The notes: generated by a model not told the origin, from the letters alone. Shown: positions 10,614 to 21,407, counted from the stretch's first letter. The stretch: DNA of 64,000 nucleotides from Peptococcaceae bacterium (GCA_022791255.1 JAAVYR010000004.1:25992-89991); one strand, 5' to 3'. Numbers and translations are program-made.

Positions 10614-11708
10614 ATGAAATTAGGTATTGTAGGCCTGCCAAATGTAGGCAAAAGCACCCTGTTTAATGCCATTACTAATGCAGGCGCGGAGTCTGCCAAT
10701 TATCCTTTTTGCACCATCGACCCCAATGTAGGTATGGTATCTGTGCCAGATGAACGACTAGATAAATTAGCAGAACTATATAACCCTGAAAAGATTGTTC
10801 CGGCTGTTATCGAGTTTGTGGATATTGCAGGCCTAGTAAAAGGCGCCAGCCGTGGCGAGGGCTTAGGCAATAAATTCTTATCTCACATTCGTGAAGTAGA
10901 CGCCATCGTTCATGTGGTGCGCTGCTTCCAAGATGATAATATCGTCCATGTAGAAGGCAGCATCGACCCTGTTCGGGACATGGAAACCATCAACTTAGAA
11001 CTAGTTTTCGCCGATATGGAAACCGTAGAAAAACGCCTGGATAAAGCTACTAAGATGTTAAAAGGCGATAAATCTCTCGCTGGCGAAATTGAATTATTAA
11101 AACGAGTTAAGGAAACATTAGAACAAGGACTGCCCGCTCGCAGCTTAGACTATAGCGAAGAAGAAAAAGCACTCCTAGCTCCTATCTCACTTCTTACCAT
11201 TAAACCTATGCTCTATGCTGCTAATATGGATGAAGCAGGATTTAAAAACTATGCCAAAGACAATCCATTTTTTGCTGCCTTAAAAGCGCAGGCGGATAAA
11301 GAAAATGCACAAGTATTGCCTATCTGTGCCCAATTAGAACAGGATATTGCCGAGCTAGAACCAGAAGAAAAAACCATGTTCCTTGCAGAAATGGGCATCG
11401 AACAATCCGGTTTAGACCGTTTAGTGCAAGTAAGTTACAGCTTATTGGGGTTAATCAGTTTCTTAACGGCCGGCCCGATGGAAGTAAAAGCCTGGACTAT
11501 TAAAAAAGGTACCAAGGCACCAGGCGCCGCCGGGAAAATTCATAGCGACTTTGAACGAGGATTTATCCGAGCAGAGACCGTTTCTTATGATGATTTAATG
11601 GCTTGTGGCTCTATGGTCAAAGCCAAGGAAAAAGGCTTAGTCCGCTCCGAAGGCAAAGACTATGTAGTGAATGACGGCGATATTATCCTGTTCCGCTTTA
11701 ATGTATGA
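10614..11708 (+). CDS. ychF: redox-regulated ribosome-binding ATPase YchF
   Basis: MKLGIVGLPNVGKSTLFNA G1 motif and a TGS C-terminal domain. 364 aa. Confidence 0.95.
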   Translation: MKLGIVGLPNVGKSTLFNAITNAGAESANYPFCTIDPNVGMVSVPDERLDKLAELYNPEKIVPAVIEFVDIAGLVKGASRGEGLGNKFLSHIREVDAIVHVVRCFQDDNIVHVEGSIDPVRDMETINLELVFADMETVEKRLDKATKMLKGDKSLAGEIELLKRVKETLEQGLPARSLDYSEEEKALLAPISLLTIKPMLYAANMDEAGFKNYAKDNPFFAALKAQADKENAQVLPICAQLEQDIAELEPEEKTMFLAEMGIEQSGLDRLVQVSYSLLGLISFLTAGPMEVKAWTIKKGTKAPGAAGKIHSDFERGFIRAETVSYDDLMACGSMVKAKEKGLVRSEGKDYVVNDGDIILFRFNV

Positions 11709-11740
11709 TAAAACATTCAGAAAGAAGGCATCGTTATTTC

Positions 11741-12226
11741 ATGCAGCAAATAAGAAAAAACTATTTATTCACTTGGTTGCTGACAGTCGCTATTCTTCTA
11801 TGCGGCATTCTCCTAGTTAGCTGTAACAGTGATAATTTTTCCGTAACCATGATCACCACCAATGGTGGAGAACAAACGCCGCCAGAAGACAGTATTATTA
11901 TCGTCGTAACCGTACCAGCCACAGAAAATGTAGAAGAACATCAATATAACGCCCCCGTCCCGACAGAAGGAAAAGATGCCCTCACCTTGTTAAAGGATAT
12001 GGGAAAAGCAGTAGGTTTCCCTGTGATTACAGCCAACGGCTATGTGGAAAGCATTGACGGTGTTGCCCAGTTTGCCCAGGGAGCAGAGAGTGGCTGGCTG
12101 TATCTTGTCAATGGCAAAATGCCTTCTGTCAGCGCCGACCAATATATCCCAGAGGCAAATGATGTTATCAATTGGATTTATCTTACCAGCTACGACCAGT
12201 TAAAGAATTTTGAACCACTAGAATAA
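11741..12226 (+). CDS. DUF4430-like lipoprotein
   Basis: Lipobox LLVSC and a C-terminal domain (GFPVITANGYVESIDGVAQ…GWLYLVNGK) resembling the DUF4430 / intrinsic-factor-like fold. Start uncertain (11705 or 11741). Confidence 0.5.
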   Translation: MQQIRKNYLFTWLLTVAILLCGILLVSCNSDNFSVTMITTNGGEQTPPEDSIIIVVTVPATENVEEHQYNAPVPTEGKDALTLLKDMGKAVGFPVITANGYVESIDGVAQFAQGAESGWLYLVNGKMPSVSADQYIPEANDVINWIYLTSYDQLKNFEPLE

Positions 12227-12234
12227 AACAAAAA

Positions 12235-12268
12235 AGGAGCTGTCTACATAATGGGACAGCTTCTTTTT
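12235..12268. terminator. rho-independent terminator
   Basis: gagctgtc…gacagctt hairpin plus T-run. Confidence 0.6.
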
Positions 12269-12381
12269 ATTATGATTGTTATTATTCATTTTTTGTTCCT
12301 CTTTTTATTTTAATTTGATTTTTCCATATAAAAAGGCTCTCTACCACTGTTGCTTTCTTGAGCAGCAGGGAAGAACCTTTT

Positions 12382-12990
12382 TTAATCAATATTTTTATCT
12401 TGTTCTTTTTCCGCTTTTTTGGCAGCTTTCGCTCGCATCTTTCGTTCCTCATAGGTTAGCTTCTTCGCTTGTGGTACATATCGTAGCAAATATGGGTAGA
12501 ATTCTTTTCTTTTCGCCTTAAAACAAATGTAATCTCCGGATATAAAGTCAATTCGAATACCATCTATACCGTGGTCATATCTCGTTACATCCTTCCAATC
12601 GTAGCATTCAGATAGGTAATGTTTTTTCTGTCTTTTATCATATTCATATATAACCATCATCTCAGAATAAATTTCAATATATCCCCATGCTTTGCGAAAA
12701 ATAAAAGCTTCTAAAGGCCATAATATAGCAACAAGCACAAGAAGAAACAACCAATAACGCAACACAATATCAAAAGGAAATAGAAAACCACTATGCCCCA
12801 TAACGAAACAAGATGCAAATATTGCAATACAAGGAACCCCATAAGTATGACAATAAATAGGAACTCTGCAAATACATTCTTCAGAAGGCAGCATTTCTGC
12901 TATTTCAGCTTGATTTTCATCTATCCATAATCGATGTTGGCTTTGCTTTTTCAATTTTGCTTCCTGCCAAGGTCTTTTAAGAACAGACAT
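12382..12990 (-). CDS. hypothetical membrane protein
   Basis: 202 aa with central hydrophobic helices and a K-rich C-terminal tail. No recognisable motif. Confidence 0.45.
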   Translation of the reverse strand: MSVLKRPWQEAKLKKQSQHRLWIDENQAEIAEMLPSEECICRVPIYCHTYGVPCIAIFASCFVMGHSGFLFPFDIVLRYWLFLLVLVAILWPLEAFIFRKAWGYIEIYSEMMVIYEYDKRQKKHYLSECYDWKDVTRYDHGIDGIRIDFISGDYICFKAKRKEFYPYLLRYVPQAKKLTYEERKMRAKAAKKAEKEQDKNID

Positions 12991-13031
12991 TTTACAGCAT
13001 CTCCTTCCTCAACACAACTGCTATCACCATA

Positions 13032-14219
13032 TCAATCCATGCGAATACCAGCGTCCAAATCTTTACAATGCTCCTTTTGCAAATAAGCACTGACATTATC
13101 CCAAAACTCTTGAGTAAAAACACATTCAATGGATTTACCCACAATCGAAAAAATACCTGTTTCTGTTCCCACTTTCACTCCAGCATTTCGAAATGTATGA
13201 AACCAACTAGTGCCATCATTTAATTTAAACTCTACCTCCATCCAGGCAATTAACCCTACTGAAATAGGCCCGGCAATCGCAATGGTGCCCCCAACAAGCC
13301 CTAATTCCCTAACCATTTTACCCATATCCACTTCATCAGCAGTAAGGTTTGCTTCAATGGGCTCGGCAAATTGAAAAATCGTATTAAAGCGTTTCAATAC
13401 TTTTCCCAATTCCCCCAAACTATTCATAACTTTTTTATCTATCCAATGCCCCTCTTTACTCTTAGCCTTTAATGTATTTCGCCGTTCATTAAACGCTGTA
13501 CTAGCAACAGATGATACCAATTCCATCTCTTTAGAAACAGATGGATATCCCCAATGTTCAGTATCATCCGGCACCAGGTCGTTTTCATCCATGCCTAACT
13601 TTCTCCACAAGTCTCTGTCTATGCCATAAAGCACCCAAATTTCATCATAACGAAACATTGCCAGCGGGTACACTTCGTGCAAGAAGTACCCCATTCCTGC
13701 CGGGACCATATTACTTATCTGCTTAGAAACCGCTTCCGCCGTATCCCAATCATAAAAACCTGTTATCGGCACATTTAGCTTCTCTTGCAGCAAACCAATA
13801 GCGTTACTATATTCTTTATTATTATAACTACCATCCAAACTAATTACAAGATAAGGTGCCGGCGGGATTGGCTTTAACCGCTGCTGCACCTGTTCTAATG
13901 TACGACAAACAAGAAGGGGTTCCGGTGGCTCCAATGTTCCACTATCTACTAAAAACTGCCAGTAATAATCCGGATAACAGGCAAACATTCTAGCAATTAA
14001 TTCTTTTTGCCATTCTCTTCCGGCTAAATCCAAATTATAATCATTTACCATTTTATCACTAACGCCAGGCCACCAATAATGGCTATGGTAATCTATCCAT
14101 TGTTTTACCTCATTTTCCTGGTGCATAGTTAGTGCAGCCTGATAACTTGCCGGACTGATAATTCTGGAAAACTCTGTAATATCCTTTGCTCTATAATGCT
14201 TCATAATTTTTACCTCCAA
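13032..14219 (-). CDS. hypothetical protein (395 aa), unknown family
   Basis: Long ORF with consistent coding bias. No motif that I can recognise. Lies upstream of 12382..12990 on the same strand. Confidence 0.45.
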   Translation of the reverse strand: MEVKIMKHYRAKDITEFSRIISPASYQAALTMHQENEVKQWIDYHSHYWWPGVSDKMVNDYNLDLAGREWQKELIARMFACYPDYYWQFLVDSGTLEPPEPLLVCRTLEQVQQRLKPIPPAPYLVISLDGSYNNKEYSNAIGLLQEKLNVPITGFYDWDTAEAVSKQISNMVPAGMGYFLHEVYPLAMFRYDEIWVLYGIDRDLWRKLGMDENDLVPDDTEHWGYPSVSKEMELVSSVASTAFNERRNTLKAKSKEGHWIDKKVMNSLGELGKVLKRFNTIFQFAEPIEANLTADEVDMGKMVRELGLVGGTIAIAGPISVGLIAWMEVEFKLNDGTSWFHTFRNAGVKVGTETGIFSIVGKSIECVFTQEFWDNVSAYLQKEHCKDLDAGIRMD

Positions 14220-14528
14220 TTTTATTAGCTTTTATTTATTCGCCAATTACACCGTTAAGTTTCCATCTGCCTTACCTCCTTTTAGCCAAAAGAAAAAGCA
14301 CACCGGCTTGAAGCCAGAGTGCTTTTCTTTTATCAATTTTTAGTGGTACTTACACTTCCACACATACTAATTTTACCAGAAATTTAGTGCCTCGTTTCAC
14401 CATCTTTTTTAAATTTTCTTAAAATCTAATCTGCCGCACCTCAGCTTATTGGTTTACATATACTATCATTGTCCGAAGCAGACAAAACAAAAAAAAATAA
14501 AAACCAAAAAGGAAAGGAGACTGGACCA

Positions 14529-14717
14529 ATGGAAGAAGCACGCAGAGTGGTGGTCATGCGTCCCGGCTATACCTATGTGCCGCCGCAAAAATTCGAGACC
14601 ACATACAAACCAGATGAAGCATTAGAAAAGGGAACCTTATTCCCTATCCTATACCTGCCCATGTCTGTTTATGCAGACCCTATGGGCACCATGAAGGGGG
14701 ATGGACGCCGTGGCTAA
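14529..14717 (+). CDS. cotJA: spore coat protein CotJA
   Basis: About 62 aa with the conserved KGTLFPxLY segment. RBS aaaggaaaggaga upstream. Overlaps the start of cotJB. Confidence 0.65.
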   Translation: MEEARRVVVMRPGYTYVPPQKFETTYKPDEALEKGTLFPILYLPMSVYADPMGTMKGDGRRG

Positions 14718-14964
14718 TACACCAGACAGAAAAAAGCTGTTAAAGGAACTCATGGAATACGACTTTACCTTGCAAGAGTTAATCTTATTTTTAGACACCC
14801 ATCCAAATGATTGCGCCGCCCTGGATATGTACCATGACATCCAGGCAAAATGCGAACAAGCAAAGGCACGCTATGAACAATATTTCGGTGCTCTATGCCC
14901 AAGCAAAGTAAAAGATACAGACCAATGGACCTGGACGCGTGGCCCTTGGCCCTGGGAAAACTAA
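14701..14964 (+). CDS. cotJB: spore coat protein CotJB
   Basis: LLKELMEYDFTLQELILFLDTHPND matches the CotJB LYLDTHP signature. 87 aa, the same length as B. subtilis CotJB. Confidence 0.8.
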   Translation: MDAVANTPDRKKLLKELMEYDFTLQELILFLDTHPNDCAALDMYHDIQAKCEQAKARYEQYFGALCPSKVKDTDQWTWTRGPWPWEN

Positions 14965-14979
14965 AGGAGGTATCTCGTT

Positions 14980-15192
14980 ATGTGGCAATATGAAAAAAAA
15001 TTGCAGTTTCCCATTAACATTAAAAACCCTAACCCCGCCTTAGCAAGCTATATCATTAGTCAATACGGGGGACCAGACGGGGAACTGGCAGCCTCTCTCC
15101 GTTATTTATCCCAGCGGTATTCTATGACAGACGATGTTTGCAAGGGGTTACTGACCGATATCGGTACCGTGTTCCTAAAATGGAGAAAATAA
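14980..15192 (+). CDS. cotJC: CotJC (manganese-catalase-like coat protein) 5' segment, interrupted after codon 63
   Basis: MWQYEKKLQFPINIKNPNPALASYIISQYGGPDGELAASLRYLSQRY…LLTDIGT aligns to the CotJC N-terminus. After ggtacc (15163-15168) the frame diverges (VFLKWRK*). Confidence 0.85.
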   Translation: MWQYEKKLQFPINIKNPNPALASYIISQYGGPDGELAASLRYLSQRYSMTDDVCKGLLTDIGTVFLKWRK

Positions 15193-15229
15193 AAATCTCT
15201 AGCAATCCCGCATCAAGTATGCCTTGCGA

Positions 15230-16774
15230 TTAGCCTTGATATTGGACTGCATGAGACACCCCCTTAAAAAAGATTGTCATTTGTTCCTTGCCTTCAATGA
15301 TAATCTTTTCCACTATCTCCCGATAAAAATCTTCCCGATATACCGCACCAGCTAATATCTCTTCACAACAACCCATAATTTGCTCCATTTTATCCCGTCG
15401 ACTTTTCTCTGTATCTAATACTTTCCCAGCAAGCTGATGGCTTCTTATTTGCTCTTGTAGTTTTCTTATCATCTCTTGGTAGCTCCCATTCTTTCTAGTA
15501 AACAGGTCCTCTCCTATCTGCCCCTGCAAATAGATATGGAGCAATTTCTCTTGTTCCCGCTCTAGCTGGGATAAGCGGTCCGCCCACTGTTCCTGCTGCC
15601 GCTTATCATTACCATCCTGCTGTAACACCTGTTGTATTCCCCCATAAAAAGCAGCCATCCTTTGCCGTCTCTCCTCTGCTGCTATGATTGGCCTCAGCTG
15701 CACGGCCATAGCCTGCAAAAGGATTTGCTCCAGGTAAACTTGACTGATTGTAGGACAAGCGCAAGCAGCCGCTCCCTTTTTGATTTTCCCATAACACTGC
15801 CAGTAAAGATATGTTTTCTCCCCCCGTTTTTTGGTTCTCGCTACCAGCCGATTACCGCACTGGCTGCAATAAAGCTTTCCAGAGAGACCATAACTTTGAG
15901 AATAACGACTGCCCTCTCGTTGCCGCCTGCCCCGCTCTTGTAAGATGGCTGCCGCCTTGGCAAAAAGTGCTGGAGAGATAATTGCAGGATGGTGCTGCTT
16001 TAAAACGATGAATGGTTCTTCCCCTCGGTTTACTTTCTTTTTATGAGTCAGATAGCTAGGCGTATAAGTTTTCTTTTGTACTAAATCCCCCATATATTTT
16101 TGGTTTTTGAGGATTTTCAATACTACATTATGAGACCATTCTTGCCCACCACTAGGCGTAGGGATACCTGCCGCTGTTAATTCCCGCGCAATCAAAGAAG
16201 CACCCTTACCTTCTCGGACAAATTTATCAAAAATCTGCCGGACAACAGCAGCACCAGTTTCTTCAACTTCTAACGCCCCTTGTCGGAGCTGATAGCCTAA
16301 GAGGCTGTGTCCAAAGACAATGCCTTTTTCCATTTGTCGTTTTTGTCCCCACTTGACTCGCTCAGAGGTTTTGCGGCTTTCCTCTTGAGCAATAGAGGCC
16401 ATAATGGTCAGACGAAGTTCTGCGTCTGCATCCAGCGTGTTAATATTATCATTAAGAAAAATCACCCCAATACCCCATTCCTTCAGCTTACGGGTATAGT
16501 AAATGCTATCTAGCGTGTTACGAGCAAAACGGCTAATTTCTTTGGTAAGTAAAATCTGAAATTTGCCAGCTTTGCCGTCTGCCAACATTTTTAAAAAACC
16601 CCGCCGATGGTTTACAGCAGTCCCAGAAGCCCCCTCATCCACATAGATATCTGTTAGCTCCCAATCAGGTTGCTGCTGAATGTATTGGCGAAAAAATTGT
16701 TGCTGATTGGCTAAAGAATTAAGCTGTTCATCCCTTTCTGTAGATACCCGACAATAAGCCGCCGCCTTAATCAC
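15230..16774 (-). CDS. large serine recombinase (SpoIVCA/CisA-like)
   Basis: N-terminal resolvase catalytic domain (IKAAAYCRVSTERDEQ…SLANQ), a recombinase domain, zinc-ribbon cysteines (CSQCGN…CYGK) and a C-terminal coiled coil. Probable GTG start at 16774 (MIKAAAY) rather than the 16822 given in the ORF track. Confidence 0.9.
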   Translation of the reverse strand: MIKAAAYCRVSTERDEQLNSLANQQQFFRQYIQQQPDWELTDIYVDEGASGTAVNHRRGFLKMLADGKAGKFQILLTKEISRFARNTLDSIYYTRKLKEWGIGVIFLNDNINTLDADAELRLTIMASIAQEESRKTSERVKWGQKRQMEKGIVFGHSLLGYQLRQGALEVEETGAAVVRQIFDKFVREGKGASLIARELTAAGIPTPSGGQEWSHNVVLKILKNQKYMGDLVQKKTYTPSYLTHKKKVNRGEEPFIVLKQHHPAIISPALFAKAAAILQERGRRQREGSRYSQSYGLSGKLYCSQCGNRLVARTKKRGEKTYLYWQCYGKIKKGAAACACPTISQVYLEQILLQAMAVQLRPIIAAEERRQRMAAFYGGIQQVLQQDGNDKRQQEQWADRLSQLEREQEKLLHIYLQGQIGEDLFTRKNGSYQEMIRKLQEQIRSHQLAGKVLDTEKSRRDKMEQIMGCCEEILAGAVYREDFYREIVEKIIIEGKEQMTIFFKGVSHAVQYQG

Positions 16775-16973
16775 ACCCCATACCTTCTTCCAGATGAAGC
16801 AAACATTGTTGATATACCTCACCAGAAATCAGCTTTTCATGGTATAAGGATATGAGCAAAGCCTTTTGTATCATGGGCCAAAAGGAGCTGTTTTCCTTCG
16901 TAAGAAATTGACAGATACCGGGTTCTGTCTGCGTTTGAATAAATGTAAACATCATGCTTACCTCATTTTTCAC
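16767..16973 (-). CDS. small hypothetical protein upstream of and overlapping the recombinase start
   Basis: 68-aa ORF ending 8 nt inside the recombinase start, suggesting translational coupling. No known motif. Confidence 0.35.
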   Translation of the reverse strand: MKNEVSMMFTFIQTQTEPGICQFLTKENSSFWPMIQKALLISLYHEKLISGEVYQQCLLHLEEGMGCD

Positions 16974-17033
16974 TGATTATCCTGGTTTTATTTTATGAAG
17001 CGAGCTATTTTCTATGACCATAAAAAAAGCAAG

Positions 17034-17080
17034 CTGCTCTACTTCTGAACAGCCTGCTTCTTTTTATCTCAAAACCAAAA
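17034..17080. terminator. bidirectional terminator between the collagen-like operon and the small ORF/recombinase
   Basis: aagcaagctg…cagcctgctt hairpin flanked by A7 and T5. Confidence 0.55.
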
Positions 17081-17123
17081 ATCTTTACCGATTTACAGTT
17101 TAACCAATCCTTTATCCAAATCC

Positions 17124-18542
<1,419 letters not shown>

Positions 18543-18559
18543 CTATTCTTCGCCCCTTC

Positions 18560-19681
18560 TTACGCAATGCTGGGACCGATTTGGAAGATGGTCAGAGTCA
18601 CATTAGCACCACCGCTTCCATTATCGCTTAATGCAACAGTATAAGGAGATTTCACCCCTAAAAAGATTTGTTCCCCAGCTTGAAAAGGCGCTGTAAAGCT
18701 ACCACTAATAACAGTTTCATTGCTAAGGAAGGGAGCCCTCGCACCTGCCATTGCGGTCTTTGTGCCACTGCCCACTGAGACGATACCCATGGCAGCGTCT
18801 GCACTAGCACCACTACTAGGCATCACAGAATACATGATTACATATAATCCACCCTGCTGAAAAGTAATCGTTGTATTGTCTGGTTCCAGTGTAATACCAG
18901 TGTTGGTATTGGCTGTTAATGTAATGGGTGCATATGCCCCATCAGAGTCGATAGTTTGCGTTGCAAAAGATGTAAAGTTTGCTACTGATGGCGTCGGTAT
19001 CGTACCAGTGGCACCTGTAGCACCTGTTGCGCCCGTAGCACCGGTTGCGCCTGTAGCACCTGTAGCACCAGTGGCACCTGTTGCGCCCATAGGACCAGTA
19101 GCTCCTGGCAAACCTTGTGGACCTTGAGGACCTTGGGGACCTACCGGACCAGTAGCACCTTGCAGTCCGGTAGCCCCAGTGGCACCTGTAGCGCCTGGCG
19201 CACCTTGAGGTCCTTGGGGACCGATTGGTCCTACAGGACCAGCAGGGCCAGCTACCCCTTGGGGTCCAGTATTACCTCTTAATCCCTGGATACCAGGACA
19301 ACCTACATCACCTTTGGGACCAGGTTCACCTTGAGGTCCTTGAGGCCCAGTAGGACCGGCAGGCCCTTCTGCCCCAGGGCAGCCTCTAGGACCGATTGGC
19401 CCTTGATTACCCTGTGGGCCTTGGGGCCCCATGGGACCTTGGGGACCTATAGGACCAGTAGGCCCCACCTGTCCACCGCAAGAATTACAACCGCAATTAT
19501 GGCAACCACAAGTATCATCACAATCAGTATTTGTATCGCAGTCGCACCAATCATAATTGCGAGAATAGGCTGCATTGCTTACGGTATAGGAAACAGTGGC
19601 AGCAGCTGTTTCATTAGGATAGATTTTCCGAGCGCTGTTGGCATAAAAATCAGCACGAGGATCGCCTGCATAAAAACGCAT
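18560..19681 (-). CDS. collagen-like triple-helix repeat protein, BclA-like (second copy)
   Basis: G-X-Y repeats ([20 protein letters not shown]…), Cys-rich N-terminus ([25 protein letters not shown]) and a C-terminal globular domain. Start trimmed to ATG 19681, which has RBS aaggtaga. Lies 26 bp upstream of the other collagen gene, so probably one operon. Confidence 0.8.
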   Translation of the reverse strand: MRFYAGDPRADFYANSARKIYPNETAAATVSYTVSNAAYSRNYDWCDCDTNTDCDDTCGCHNCGCNSCGGQVGPTGPIGPQGPMGPQGPQGNQGPIGPRGCPGAEGPAGPTGPQGPQGEPGPKGDVGCPGIQGLRGNTGPQGVAGPAGPVGPIGPQGPQGAPGATGATGATGLQGATGPVGPQGPQGPQGLPGATGPMGATGATGATGATGATGATGATGATGATGTIPTPSVANFTSFATQTIDSDGAYAPITLTANTNTGITLEPDNTTITFQQGGLYVIMYSVMPSSGASADAAMGIVSVGSGTKTAMAGARAPFLSNETVISGSFTAPFQAGEQIFLGVKSPYTVALSDNGSGGANVTLTIFQIGPSIA

Positions 19682-19909
19682 TCTACCTTGTTGAGTTGGA
19701 TATTCTTTCAATCTTTTCCCTCCAATCAAATTATTATCCGGAACGGGAAGATAAATAGAGATGAAAGAGAAATAGTACTAGTTTTCTTCATCAATGTATT
19801 ATATGAAAAGTTTGTCCCCAAGGTGCGAGGGGTTGCCCTGAAAAATAAGACAAATTTATCTGCTGCTAACAGCTGTCCACCCATTGTTGCCCATTTTGCC
19901 TCTTCTATA

Positions 19910-20302
19910 GGTACAGAAGAACTAGCCCACCTGGAAATGGTTGGCACCATCGTGCACCAATTAACCAAGAACTTAAAAGACTCAGATATTGAGGGAACAC
20001 CACTCGCCCCTTATTACATCGATCATGGTAAAGGCGTTTATCCTGCAGCTGCTGCCGGCCAAGCATTTGACGCCATGGCCATCGCCGTAAAAGGCGACCC
20101 TATTGCCGATTTAGTAGAGGATTTGGCTGCAGAACAAAAAGCTCGTGTTACCTATGAAAATATTTTGCGAGTTTCTGACGACCCGGATGTGAATAAAGTC
20201 ATTCGGTACTTACGAGAACGGGAAGTGGTTCACTTCCAACGGTTTGGTGAAGCCCTAGACCGCTTGCAAAGCAAAGCGGCAACCAAACCCAAACGGTTCT
20301 AA
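19910..20302 (+). CDS. cotJC: CotJC 3' segment (from the GT|EELAHLEM junction to the stop)
   Basis: GTEELAHLEMVGTIVHQLTK…GDPIADLVEDLAAEQKARVTYENILRVSDDPDVNKVIRYLREREVVHFQRFGEAL matches the CotJC C-terminal two-thirds. The upstream in-frame part of ORF 19331..20302 is antisense to the collagen gene and is not coding. Confidence 0.85.
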   Translation, partial: GTEELAHLEMVGTIVHQLTKNLKDSDIEGTPLAPYYIDHGKGVYPAAAAGQAFDAMAIAVKGDPIADLVEDLAAEQKARVTYENILRVSDDPDVNKVIRYLREREVVHFQRFGEALDRLQSKAATKPKRF

Positions 20303-20346
20303 TGACAAAAAGTAAATACGACAACCATAGAAAAATAGGAAAATAC

Positions 20347-20385
20347 AAAAAGGAAAGGATATTAATCCTTTCCTTTTTCTTTTAA
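20347..20385. terminator. rho-independent terminator downstream of cotJC
   Basis: ggaaagga-tattaa-tcctttcc hairpin plus T-run. Confidence 0.7.
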
Positions 20386-20404
20386 TTGTTTACATTTTAA
20401 AATA

Positions 20405-20444
20405 AAATAATCCCTGATGCCTAAATCGACATCAGGGATTTCTT
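20405..20444. terminator. bidirectional terminator downstream of tRNA-Thr
   Basis: tccctgatg…catcaggga hairpin flanked by A/T runs. Confidence 0.6.
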
Positions 20445-20520
20445 TGGAGCCACAGACCGGAGTCGAACCGGTGACCTCTACCTTACCAAGGTAGCGCTCT
20501 ACCTACTGAGCTACTGCGGC
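20445..20520 (-). tRNA. tRNA-Thr (anticodon GGU), CCA encoded
   Basis: Reverse complement folds as a cloverleaf: acceptor GCCGCAG/CTGTGGC, D-arm GCTCAGTAGGTAGAGC, anticodon loop TTGGTAA, T-arm ACCGGTTCGACTCCGGT, discriminator T plus CCA. Confidence 0.9.
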
Positions 20521-20579
20521 ACACAGCCACAACTGCAAGAGCTATTTTACCACAACCTTTTTCTATATGCAAGTAAATC

Positions 20580-21407
20580 TTAAAAATTTCTTTTGTTTTT
20601 TCCTTTCTTTTTTCCCCTCTGAGTTTTAGTTTGTCCATTCTCTCGTCTTTGATGACAATCATCTTCTTTTTTATCAGCTTCCTTTTTCTGCCAAGGATTA
20701 CCGCAAAAATCACAAGGCATACCACAGTGGGCATAACTAGCGTCAGGACAAGGAAAATATAACGAGGCTAAACCAAGATTAATAGGATCTGATGTTACAT
20801 AAGCATTATTTCCCAGGTAAAGCCCGGCGTCCCGCTCCCATAAAATCAAAAAAATAATAATGTAAAAATTAATGGGACTAATATTGGTCGTCACCGTATA
20901 CAAAGGAGACACCGCATTAGAATTGCTGCAATAGAGAGTAATGGACGGCACACAGTCACAATCCATTTTAGGTTCATCATCCAATAAACTGTTAATCATA
21001 TCATTGACCACCTTATCCTGATGAAAGACCATATCCTTTGTTTTTTTTACTTCTCCCAATTGGATTTGGTGGATGAGCACCGCTAAGAGAAAATTCGCAA
21101 AGGATATTTGATAGTTAATAGTAGACTGACAGGCAAAAGGAGCCAGATTATTTTTAATAAACGGGTTTTCATCGCCTTGCTGACAGAACAGATTAACAAA
21201 ACAATAAACCCGATTATAGTTAATAAAAATGCATTGTCCTTCTGCATTAACCATGGGATTGTAATTGTTTAAAAATCTCGCGCAAGGCGGTAGGTCAAAG
21301 CCGGCAAAGGGATTTTCACAAGGGTCCTCATGACGGCTTGCTCTTTCATTTTGGCGCTGGGTTTTATTGTCTATTTTCTTGCGGTTTCTGCCGTTATATT
21401 GCGCCAT
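20580..21407 (-). CDS. hypothetical Cys-containing protein with K/R-rich termini (possible spore-associated protein)
   Basis: 275-aa ORF with multiple Cys pairs (PCxxxxC, DCDC, CPDASYAHCGMPCDFC) and basic lysine-rich N- and C-terminal tails. No recognisable family. Confidence 0.45.
   Translation of the reverse strand: MAQYNGRNRKKIDNKTQRQNERASRHEDPCENPFAGFDLPPCARFLNNYNPMVNAEGQCIFINYNRVYCFVNLFCQQGDENPFIKNNLAPFACQSTINYQISFANFLLAVLIHQIQLGEVKKTKDMVFHQDKVVNDMINSLLDDEPKMDCDCVPSITLYCSNSNAVSPLYTVTTNISPINFYIIIFLILWERDAGLYLGNNAYVTSDPINLGLASLYFPCPDASYAHCGMPCDFCGNPWQKKEADKKEDDCHQRRENGQTKTQRGKKKGKNKRNF

Noticed and set aside
15169-15192. C-terminal tail VFLKWRK* of ORF 14980..15192
   Set aside because: This is read-through into the inserted element after the cotJC junction and is not part of the native protein.
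19331-19909. N-terminal 193 codons of ORF 19331..20302
   Set aside because: They are in frame by chance with the cotJC 3' segment but antisense to collagen-like gene 2. The CotJC homology begins only at 19910 (GTEELAHLEM).
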